Source: a virus. From it: a stretch of DNA of 64,000 bases. The position numbers and the translations under genes were made by a program. The stretch covers positions 1-64,000 of IMG/VR virus record IMGVR_UViG_3300028822_000274; one strand, 5' to 3'. How positions within the stretch are numbered: position 1 is the first letter of the stretch; each line of letters begins with the position of its first letter. Below the pieces are notes generated by a model, which worked only from the letters and a program-made list of their open reading frames with translations, did no database searches and was not told the origin of the DNA. Shown one piece after another: positions 56,043 to 63,427 of this stretch.

Positions 56043-58274
56043 ATGGCTGGAGTTACACCAAACGTAAGTAGAGATAGTTTCGATTTCTCAAAGGCGTATG
56101 AAAAATTGAGCCTTCAGCAAGGCGTTCCGATCATGGATAGTGACTGGAACGAGGCTCTGGACAATATCTGGATTCGCGGTGTGCATATGCTGAACCATCT
56201 GTTCATCGGGAATTGCCGCTTTCCTATCGTCGAGCCTGACGGAACGGAAACTTCTGGGTCTGGTTTTCGTGTCGAGGAGTCAACGACAGATAATACGAAC
56301 AACTTTACGATTTCGGCTGGATATGCTTGTTGCTATGGTGTTGTTGTTGGTTCAACGCAGACCATGCCTCCGGCTGATATTGAATACGAAGACCAGGAGA
56401 TGTTCTCAGGTACAATTAGTGTTGTCTCTGGGTCAGACATCGTAGATGATGACAAGGCATTTTCAGCAGATCACGATCTTGTGGGCTGCCGAGTAAAGAT
56501 GACTTCTGGTGCTGCATCAGGAGCCATAAGACCAATATCAGCTCGTGTCAGTGGGACCAGGATAACTATATCTTCTGTAGTCGGTGTCTCGTCTGGTGAT
56601 ACGTATGTCATTATTCCCCCAGAATTGACGACTCCTCCATTGAGCAACAGGGATGACGATGTTTATCTTCAGGTCTATTTTGAAGATATGAATGAGGATG
56701 AGGATTCGGCGATCAACCATCCTGGAACTGGGATCGAATCTGTCCATAAAACGAAGATCAGATCAGTAGTTAGGGTAGCTGAAGATTCGAGTTATTCTAA
56801 TTCGACAGCAACAGGCGCTCTTGCCAGTTATGCTGTCAGGACCATGAAGATCGCTACCCTGAGAAGACTGGTCTCTGATACTCGTATCCAGACGTCGATG
56901 ATTGATGAGGAGGACAATTTAAAACGAGGCCTTGGTGTTCTTGACGCAGAAGATATTCCGTTTGGCCTGAGTAACTTCACGGGTCTGGGATATGATATTG
57001 GTACTGGCGGTGCGAATGTCCAAGATGCCGTAGATGGTGTAATTACTTCATTGAGTGACGACAGTGATCCTGCTTTGGGTGCTGGGTTGATCGGTATAGG
57101 TGATGTTTCAGGAGCTCCTAATAGCTTGAGCGCCGGTACTCTGTATGACGCCATGGGCGAGCTCCTTGAGCATGTGAACCATAGATTAAACCAAATACAT
57201 CCGACCAGTTCCATATCAGAACCCCTCCTTATATGGAGATCACATAACAAGACGGCAGATTCACATGTTGACTCTGACACAACATCAGTTTATCTACTAA
57301 ATACCCCAACAGGTCTGGGTGGAGATTGTATAGCATTTTGTCATGGGTGTTATTTAGACGGAGCGCTGGCCTACCCAGCAAATGATTCGCCTGTGACAGC
57401 CTCCATTTTTATGTGGGGGGCAAACGGTTCTAAACATACGAGCAAAGAGCTTCCACTGGCTAGTTGGAGCTGGGATACTGACGCAGACTGGGATGCGATA
57501 GAAGAGTATGCCAGGCCTTTGACAATTTTATCGGGCAGATCTATCGGTTTGTCGGGTCAAAAGGGTTCTGTCACTTTGGGCCTCAATTCTATTACAGACG
57601 GAGCAGACCACGATGGGGAAGCATATATAAGTGGCTATATGCCTACCCCCGTTGTAAACCCGTTAAAATTTTTCACGGCATACGACCCAGATTATTGCGG
57701 GCCACACATATACTACACGTCAGAGGGTCTCTGGATAACGTCTAATGCTCACTGGAGCAGTATAACAAACGAGTGGTACCCAAATGATGATACTGAAGAT
57801 GCCAATGCGGTGTTAATCGCAACATATGGCGTTATATTCTACCACAAATCGAGTTCAACACCGGGTTACTCAAGCGGCTGGCCGCTTGATACCTGGGACG
57901 CGGCACAAAGAATTGGTCAAGTCGTCGGCGCAGAAGCAGCAAGCGCAGGGACAAATTACATTTATGGTGGTATCACATCTACAGGAAACATTTACGAGAG
58001 GAGCTACTATAGCCTCTTCTTTTCATTTAGATTTTCTTCAATAACAGACACGATTTCATTGATGGGTATGGAACAAGCGAATAACTTCAAAACAAGATGG
58101 TCTACGCCTCCGGCAAGTTATTCTATGATTGAATCTTCCAGTAATCTTAAAGACACCTGTACGGTGTCTGAAGTAGGTAATTGGGGTTTTGAAATTGATA
58201 TGAACGTCGTAAATGTAACAGCCAACGTTTACAATGCGGCGTACGTTAGGGGTGAAGTTGAATTTTACAACTAA
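56043..58274 (+). CDS. DUF6519-like tail fibre attachment protein
   Basis: N-terminal SRDSFD..K.Y....QQGVPIMDSDWNE; VYLQVYFED...ED..I..P. Confidence 0.7.
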   Translation: MAGVTPNVSRDSFDFSKAYEKLSLQQGVPIMDSDWNEALDNIWIRGVHMLNHLFIGNCRFPIVEPDGTETSGSGFRVEESTTDNTNNFTISAGYACCYGVVVGSTQTMPPADIEYEDQEMFSGTISVVSGSDIVDDDKAFSADHDLVGCRVKMTSGAASGAIRPISARVSGTRITISSVVGVSSGDTYVIIPPELTTPPLSNRDDDVYLQVYFEDMNEDEDSAINHPGTGIESVHKTKIRSVVRVAEDSSYSNSTATGALASYAVRTMKIATLRRLVSDTRIQTSMIDEEDNLKRGLGVLDAEDIPFGLSNFTGLGYDIGTGGANVQDAVDGVITSLSDDSDPALGAGLIGIGDVSGAPNSLSAGTLYDAMGELLEHVNHRLNQIHPTSSISEPLLIWRSHNKTADSHVDSDTTSVYLLNTPTGLGGDCIAFCHGCYLDGALAYPANDSPVTASIFMWGANGSKHTSKELPLASWSWDTDADWDAIEEYARPLTILSGRSIGLSGQKGSVTLGLNSITDGADHDGEAYISGYMPTPVVNPLKFFTAYDPDYCGPHIYYTSEGLWITSNAHWSSITNEWYPNDDTEDANAVLIATYGVIFYHKSSSTPGYSSGWPLDTWDAAQRIGQVVGAEAASAGTNYIYGGITSTGNIYERSYYSLFFSFRFSSITDTISLMGMEQANNFKTRWSTPPASYSMIESSSNLKDTCTVSEVGNWGFEIDMNVVNVTANVYNAAYVRGEVEFYN

Positions 58275-58283
58275 GGAGCGATT

Positions 58284-58790
58284 ATGAGTGTGGTAGAAGC
58301 AACCAAGCAGTGTATAAAGTCGGTTTGTCCTTGCGGGGCTTTGTCAAAAATTGAATATTCTGAAGTGCTTGTAGCACGGGCCTCAGTTCAGTTTCCTGTT
58401 TGTGAGGAATGCAAAAAGCGTGTCAATGGCGTGCTGGCAAATCCGTACGACGACTCCTGGGCAAACTTAAGCCGCGAAGAAGTTCGAAGGCAAGTAATAG
58501 GGCAGGTAGTGCATAAATGGGCGTTAGAAAGCGGAGTTGCTAAGCTAAAAAAAGAGGATTCAGTAGAAGATCTGATGCAAGTCGCTGCTCTAGAAGGGAG
58601 ACACGAGTTCGTATCTGACGACAAAGAAATATACACAGCGGAGATTCAACCAACAAAAAAGGAAAGACGAAGAATCTACCTAGAGACTGGCAAACCAGTT
58701 GAGGATCCTTCTGTGCAAAAACCTAATAAGGAGCTTACAGAGTACAAAAAGAAGGTTATAGAGATCGCATCAGAAGGAAGCACCGATTGA
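58284..58790 (+). CDS. Zinc-ribbon hypothetical protein, possible fibre chaperone
   Basis: CPCG...PVCEEC. Confidence 0.6.
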   Translation: MSVVEATKQCIKSVCPCGALSKIEYSEVLVARASVQFPVCEECKKRVNGVLANPYDDSWANLSREEVRRQVIGQVVHKWALESGVAKLKKEDSVEDLMQVAALEGRHEFVSDDKEIYTAEIQPTKKERRRIYLETGKPVEDPSVQKPNKELTEYKKKVIEIASEGSTD

Positions 58791-58804
58791 TCTCTTCGAG
58801 GAAA

Positions 58805-58833
58805 TTTCAAAAAATCAGAAAACCATATATAAC
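58805..58833 (+). promoter_or_regulatory. Candidate promoter
   Basis: TTTCAA, 17-nt spacer, TATAAC in an intergenic gap. Confidence 0.35.
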
Positions 58834-58913
58834 ATGTAAAAGGTGGATCAATGGTTGGTCTGTCTTTAACCTGTTGCGCCGGGGAATAAACGGCGCGGAA
58901 GGAGGTAGTCGAG

Positions 58914-59819
58914 ATGGGTAGAGATATTCGAAAACTCGACTTGCTGGCGATTTCTGCCAGTAAAAAAGCTGTGGATCTACTTCATGGGTACTTGAAGGGG
59001 ATTCGCGAGGACATCGTTTCGTCGCTGAGTGGTGGACTGAGGAACTTCCATGTTATTCCGAGAGCGCTCATCACGACTGCCGACGCCACGGATTTGGCGA
59101 GTGGTCAGACTTTGGCGAATGCGATCAAAGCTGACATGAACACGCACTTTGCGTCGACTGATGAGCACCCTTTGGCCTCTGGTCAAACGATTGCTGCTGC
59201 AGATGCATCAGATCAGGCGTCGATGAACACTTTGATGAACGAAATCAAGGGGGACCTGAACACGCACCTTACCGAGGCTGGCGTGCACATGGTTTCTGAC
59301 CTGTTCAACACCGTGACTGCAGCTAACGCAAGCGACGAGGCGACTTCGGTCACTCTCGTGAACCAGGTGAAGGCTCTGTACAACGTTCACATCGCGTCTT
59401 CTATCGCTTCGCTGGTCGCCCATAAAGGAACAGTGGGGAATCAGAATGTTGTGGCGGCTGACGCATCCGACCTCGGAACTGTGGTCACTCTGGCGAATGA
59501 CCTGAAAGGTGTTGTCAACCTGCACCTGGCTTCGTACGGTTTCCAGGGATCTCACGTTGCTGCTTCTGCTGAGACCGTTGCTGCTGCAGATGCATCAGAT
59601 CAGGCGACAGCGAACACGTTGCTGAACGAAATCAAGGCCGATTTCAACACTCACCTCCTGGAGTCGGGTGTTCACATTTCGTCTGATTTCAAGAGCATCA
59701 TCTCTACTGCGGATGCTTCTGACCTTGCGTCAAGCGTCACCCTGGCGAATGCTCTCAAGTCGACGTTCACGTTACACATTGCCAACGCCATGACCGCAGG
59801 TTTCATCGCGGACATGTAA
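58914..59819 (+). CDS. Six-repeat His-containing protein, probable head fibre/decoration
   Basis: Six ~40-aa repeats A(D/N)A(S/T)DxA(S/T)xxTLxNxxKxxxNxH; AAGGAGG RBS; capsid-like codon bias. Confidence 0.65.
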   Translation: MGRDIRKLDLLAISASKKAVDLLHGYLKGIREDIVSSLSGGLRNFHVIPRALITTADATDLASGQTLANAIKADMNTHFASTDEHPLASGQTIAAADASDQASMNTLMNEIKGDLNTHLTEAGVHMVSDLFNTVTAANASDEATSVTLVNQVKALYNVHIASSIASLVAHKGTVGNQNVVAADASDLGTVVTLANDLKGVVNLHLASYGFQGSHVAASAETVAAADASDQATANTLLNEIKADFNTHLLESGVHISSDFKSIISTADASDLASSVTLANALKSTFTLHIANAMTAGFIADM

Positions 59820-59874
59820 GATTTGATTGGTGCTGAAGGTATTACCGGGCATCTGAAAAGAGAAAGGAACTACA

Positions 59875-60255
59875 ATGGCTAGTTTGAAAATTGGTTATGA
59901 CATGTTTGCCGGATCCTCACAGGCCGGTACCGATTCTGGTGTTCCTGGTGTTATCCAGGTGGAAACTGCCAAGGCTGAGCCGTACAAATGTCGGATCCAA
60001 GAGCTGGACACGAATGAGTACTACGACGCCGTCACCCGCACTTTCCAGGGTGGTGCGACGACTCCGTCTGAGGAGTTGACGATCCCTGGGTCGGACGAGG
60101 CGAACCCGCAGGCTTTGCGTCGCATTGCTTTCCGGATTCCTGAGGAAGCTCAGGCCGGGATCGGTGCTGCCGGTGCGACTTTCACCATTTATGCGGCAAC
60201 GACTGATGCGGTTGATTCGGGACAAGAGTCCCTGACGATCACATTCCAGCCGTAA
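59875..60255 (+). CDS. Hypothetical virion protein, paralog of 61678..62094
   Basis: GYDMFAGSSQAGTDSGVPGVIQVETA...CRIQ. Confidence 0.7.
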   Translation: MASLKIGYDMFAGSSQAGTDSGVPGVIQVETAKAEPYKCRIQELDTNEYYDAVTRTFQGGATTPSEELTIPGSDEANPQALRRIAFRIPEEAQAGIGAAGATFTIYAATTDAVDSGQESLTITFQP

Positions 60256-60284
60256 TAGGTTGACAACAGGAAATGTTTTTACTC

Positions 60285-60321
60285 GACGCCCATCTTAAAA
60301 ACAGGTGGGCGTCTTTTTTTT
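60285..60321 (+). terminator. Intrinsic terminator
   Basis: GACGCCCATCT / AGGTGGGCGTC stem followed by T8. Confidence 0.8.
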
Positions 60322-60331
60322 GGAGGTACAT

Positions 60332-60712
60332 ATGGGATTCCAGAGCGCATGGACATTTTTCGTTGATTCAGTTTTTCCCCACTGGCCGGGTTTGTTTTTT
60401 GCTGTATTCGTGTCAATCATTGCACAGGTGCTGAAGAATAATATTCTGACAAGGACATTAGCGGCTAAAAGTAAAGTGATATTCTGGGTTCGGCGTTTGT
60501 TTCCAGTGATTTTGCTTTTTCTAGGTTTGGTTCCAGGTTTGACTTGGCCAGATGAAATTCTTCCGGGAATAGATACGACAGTCGAAAAAGTTTGGTATTT
60601 TGTGGGGTGTGCAGGTTGCTCGATACTCTGTTACAACATTTTTAAGCAGTGGGTTAAGAAAAAATACGACGTAGAACTTATTCTACAGGAGGAAAACGAA
60701 AGTCATGGCTAA
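60332..60712 (+). CDS. Putative holin (3 transmembrane segments)
   Basis: Three hydrophobic segments and a charged C-terminus; GGAGG RBS. Confidence 0.6.
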   Translation: MGFQSAWTFFVDSVFPHWPGLFFAVFVSIIAQVLKNNILTRTLAAKSKVIFWVRRLFPVILLFLGLVPGLTWPDEILPGIDTTVEKVWYFVGCAGCSILCYNIFKQWVKKKYDVELILQEENESHG

Positions 60713-60914
60713 ATTCAGAAAAATACCTGTGATCATAGACGCCATCAGGATAAAAAAAGAAATGACGATCGATACTCTCGAAGGTCGTATGAATGGTAAA
60801 GCTGGTGATTGGCTTCTTACAGGTGTTGATGGCGAGCAGTACCCATGCAAGGACTCGATATTCAGAAAAACATACGAACCAGCCGACGAAGATGCAGAAA
60901 AGATGTGGAAATAA
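60705..60914 (+). CDS. Conserved small phage protein (RKxPV...TLEG...GDW...GExYPCK family)
   Basis: MAKFRKIPVIIDA...IDTLEGRM...GDWLLTGVDGEQYPCKDSIFRKTYE. Confidence 0.8.
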   Translation: MAKFRKIPVIIDAIRIKKEMTIDTLEGRMNGKAGDWLLTGVDGEQYPCKDSIFRKTYEPADEDAEKMWK

Positions 60915-60915
60915 T

Positions 60916-61263
60916 ATGAAAACAATCTGGAAATGGGTAAAAGACAAAGCAGCCTGGATAGTAATAGCATTTTTTATTGTTTTTTCTGTGTTATTCGGAT
61001 CGTTTTTGTCTTCAAGAAAAGTAGAAAGGAGGAAAAAAGAAGCTAAAAAGAAAATTGAAGGGGCAAAAAAGTTGGGTGAAAAGGCAACATATTATGATGG
61101 AGTAGAATCTGGTTTACACGAATCTGAGTTTCTATTGGACTCACAGATAGAGGGCATAAACGAAGAATCAAAGAAGACAAAAAAAGAAATAGGAGAGATG
61201 GATGCTCAGGAAGTTGCTGATCGTTTTAACGCTCTGTACGATTCCGACTCTCGCTCAAACTGA
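60916..61263 (+). CDS. N-terminal transmembrane + coiled-coil protein, i-spanin-like
   Basis: Transmembrane segment AAWIVIAFFIVFSVLFGSFL followed by a coiled coil. Confidence 0.55.
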   Translation: MKTIWKWVKDKAAWIVIAFFIVFSVLFGSFLSSRKVERRKKEAKKKIEGAKKLGEKATYYDGVESGLHESEFLLDSQIEGINEESKKTKKEIGEMDAQEVADRFNALYDSDSRSN

Positions 61264-61666
61264 GGAAGTGGCTGAGGAAGTGGCAGACCTGGACAAGTAC
61301 GAAATCCAAGGAGCTTTTGTTCTTGACGTAGACGGTGTGACTGGTGTTTGGATGCCATTAAATATGGCCCGAAAAGCTCTTGCTGCATCTGAACTCGCTA
61401 AAAAGTTGGAGCTTCGACAGGATCTTCTGGAGCTGAAAATAGATATTCGAGGCGAGAGAATATCTGCCTGCAAATCTGCTCTTTCTTTATCGAAAGAGTC
61501 GCAGGAAAAAGCTCTTGAAGCCGTGACAATACAGAATGAGGTAATCTCCGACCTGGAGGAAGAACAGGATTCGTGGTATCGAAAACCGATTGTTTGGACC
61601 GGTGTCGGTGCCGTCCTCGTTGTGGCTCTTGAGGTCGGTTTGTTTTTTGTTGTTCAGTCAATGTAA
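61202..61666 (+). CDS. Signal peptide + coiled coil + C-terminal transmembrane protein, spanin-like
   Basis: MLRKLLIVLTLCTIPTLA signal; WYRKPIVWTGVGAVLVVALEVGLFFV anchor; overlaps the upstream gene. Confidence 0.55.
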   Translation: MLRKLLIVLTLCTIPTLAQTEEVAEEVADLDKYEIQGAFVLDVDGVTGVWMPLNMARKALAASELAKKLELRQDLLELKIDIRGERISACKSALSLSKESQEKALEAVTIQNEVISDLEEEQDSWYRKPIVWTGVGAVLVVALEVGLFFVVQSM

Positions 61667-61677
61667 AGGAGGTTCCT

Positions 61678-62094
61678 ATGGTCATGCCTGGTGGACCTGA
61701 CATGCCTCTTGGTCCAAGTAGTGGTATGTATAGAGCGGGGTTTGATATTTTCGACGGTTCTTCACAGGCCGGTACGAATTCTGAGGTTCCACCCGTTATC
61801 CAGGTGGAAACTGCCTTGCCGACGCACTACTATTGTAGGATCCAGAGAATATCTGACAATTTGTATTACAACGCGACGACGAGGGCCTATCAATTGTTTC
61901 CGCCGTCTCCATCCGACGAGCTGGGGATTCCGGGGTCTCTTGAGGCGAGACCAGATTCTATCAGGCGGCTTATGATGAGAGTCCCGGATGAAGCAAGGGA
62001 TGGGATGAACCATGAAGGTGCTGTCTACACTGTCTATGCGCCAGTAGACACAGCTAGATTTGGTGTCGCAATAGTCGCCACATTCAAGCCATAG
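61678..62094 (+). CDS. Hypothetical protein, paralog of 59875..60255
   Basis: GFDIFDGSSQAGTNSEVPPVIQVETA...CRIQ. Confidence 0.7.
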   Translation: MVMPGGPDMPLGPSSGMYRAGFDIFDGSSQAGTNSEVPPVIQVETALPTHYYCRIQRISDNLYYNATTRAYQLFPPSPSDELGIPGSLEARPDSIRRLMMRVPDEARDGMNHEGAVYTVYAPVDTARFGVAIVATFKP

Positions 62095-62117
62095 TCAGCC
62101 TGACCGTCAGCCTGACC
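62094..62117. repeat. Tandem 12-mer GTCAGCCTGACC x2, each internally palindromic
   Basis: Copies at 62094-62105 and 62106-62117; GTCAG-C-CTGAC dyad. Confidence 0.85.
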
Positions 62118-62140
62118 AAACGAAAATTAAAAAAAATTAG

Positions 62141-62168
62141 TTGACAAAACTTTTTCGCTTGGTATTAT
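62141..62168 (+). promoter_or_regulatory. Early promoter, copy 5, with an A-tract UP element
   Basis: TTGACAAAAC...TGG-TATTAT, 16-nt spacer. Confidence 0.8.
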
Positions 62169-62210
62169 TTCCTGGAAGTAACGGCAACAAACAAATTCCA
62201 GGAGAAGAAA

Positions 62211-62921
62211 ATGAAACGAATTAAAGACTTGTCAGAAAGCGAAATCTTAGAATTGACCCAAGAGCAGCTCGAAGAGTTGGTTCTAATTGAGGCAGCACAT
62301 TCCGGCGTGAAGCTGCCTGACTCAGCTCCTGCGGTTCCTGATTACCCGGAAATCGGTAAGCCGAGCAAAACTCTGTACACATGTGGAGCATTCAACTTTC
62401 ATTGTGATTCGCTCGACATTTTGAACGAGTTCATCAAGGTCATTGTTGACCACAAGGACAACCTGTTCACATGTGAAACAGACTGGCAAACCAAGGCGAC
62501 ACACTGTGAGAAGGGCATCCCGACATCTGGATGGGCCAACAAGATCGCTCCTGCGACAGAAACGGCGTACACGCAGGGAGAATATGCCGAACTCAAGGGT
62601 GAAATCAAAAAGAAGGAGGAAATGCGGGAGGAATACAAAAAAGCTCTCGATGAGCACAGTGCTCAGATGGAGGAGTACGATGATATCTGTTCTGATGTCA
62701 TGTCGCATTATTATAATGCGGTACGAGCAAAGAACAGGAAGCAGCATCTTGTAGCAACATTCCTGAAGTATTATAAGCTTGCGGAGCAAAATTTCGACAT
62801 CGCTCTGAAGTTCTTCAAGAATGCTTACGCTGACGAAAACGAGAACATGGAAGAGCTTGAGGCTCTCTTCCAGGAAGAAGTTTCTGCCAAAGATGAGGAA
62901 AATGGCAAAGAGAAAGTCTGA
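62211..62921 (+). CDS. Conserved phage hypothetical protein
   Basis: AGGAG RBS; LSESEILELT.EQ...P..P..P...A.KFFKNAY. Confidence 0.75.
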   Translation: MKRIKDLSESEILELTQEQLEELVLIEAAHSGVKLPDSAPAVPDYPEIGKPSKTLYTCGAFNFHCDSLDILNEFIKVIVDHKDNLFTCETDWQTKATHCEKGIPTSGWANKIAPATETAYTQGEYAELKGEIKKKEEMREEYKKALDEHSAQMEEYDDICSDVMSHYYNAVRAKNRKQHLVATFLKYYKLAEQNFDIALKFFKNAYADENENMEELEALFQEEVSAKDEENGKEKV

Positions 62922-63207
62922 AGACCTGGACAAGTACGACTGGCTCCTGATTCTGATGATTCAGCATTTCTTGGACTCGGGAGCCGTAATCTCGATTCGG
63001 AAGCTGAGTGAATATTTCTATGACTTCGATTATCCGAAGGTAAAGAAGAGGATGACCAAGCTCAAGTCTATGGGGATCGTCTCGGCAAAGCGTGCCAGTT
63101 CCAAATTGTGGGAGTACGAACTCCACACCGAAGTCATGGATAAATTTGCACTCAGGGAAAAACTCACCACCGATTTTGGGCACAAACTTTCTCGTGGTTT
63201 ATTCTAG
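62902..63207 (+). CDS. Winged-helix DNA-binding protein
   Basis: SIRKLSEYF...KVKKRMTKLKSMGIV...WEYEL. Confidence 0.65.
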   Translation: MAKRKSEDLDKYDWLLILMIQHFLDSGAVISIRKLSEYFYDFDYPKVKKRMTKLKSMGIVSAKRASSKLWEYELHTEVMDKFALREKLTTDFGHKLSRGLF

Positions 63208-63297
63208 ACGATGTAATTTTATTCTTTCTCATTTTGTTGTTTACTAAACTTCGGTCTTTGTGTAGTGTGTGTGGTGTTCAGGTTTTCGATGACACGG

Positions 63298-63332
63298 TAG
63301 ACATAATCACCCTCACCCTATGATTATGTCTA
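63298..63332. promoter_or_regulatory. Perfect 12-bp inverted repeat, operator-like
   Basis: TAGACATAATCA-N11-TGATTATGTCTA. Confidence 0.7.
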
Positions 63333-63362
63333 TTCAGTTTGTCAATAGTTTGGTATGGTCTG

Positions 63363-63417
63363 AAAACCCGATAACGAACTGGAGTGGTGAGGCCCGGTTT
63401 GTTATCGGGTTTTTTTT
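63363..63417 (+). terminator. Long hairpin with a T-tract (terminator or attenuator)
   Basis: AAAACCCGATAAC / GTTATCGGGTTTT perfect arms plus 7 inner pairs, then T8 and a GGAG RBS. Confidence 0.7.
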
Positions 63418-63427
63418 GGAGCCTGAA

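Noticed and set aside
42933-58274. Diversity-generating retroelement or invertible fibre cassette
   Set aside because: No reverse transcriptase or invertase, no adenine-specific TR/VR pair, and no inverted fibre segments were seen; the paralogs differ at all base types
63320-63345. Minus-strand TTGACAAAC as a divergent promoter
   Set aside because: No acceptable -10 at 15-18 nt and no credible downstream minus-strand gene
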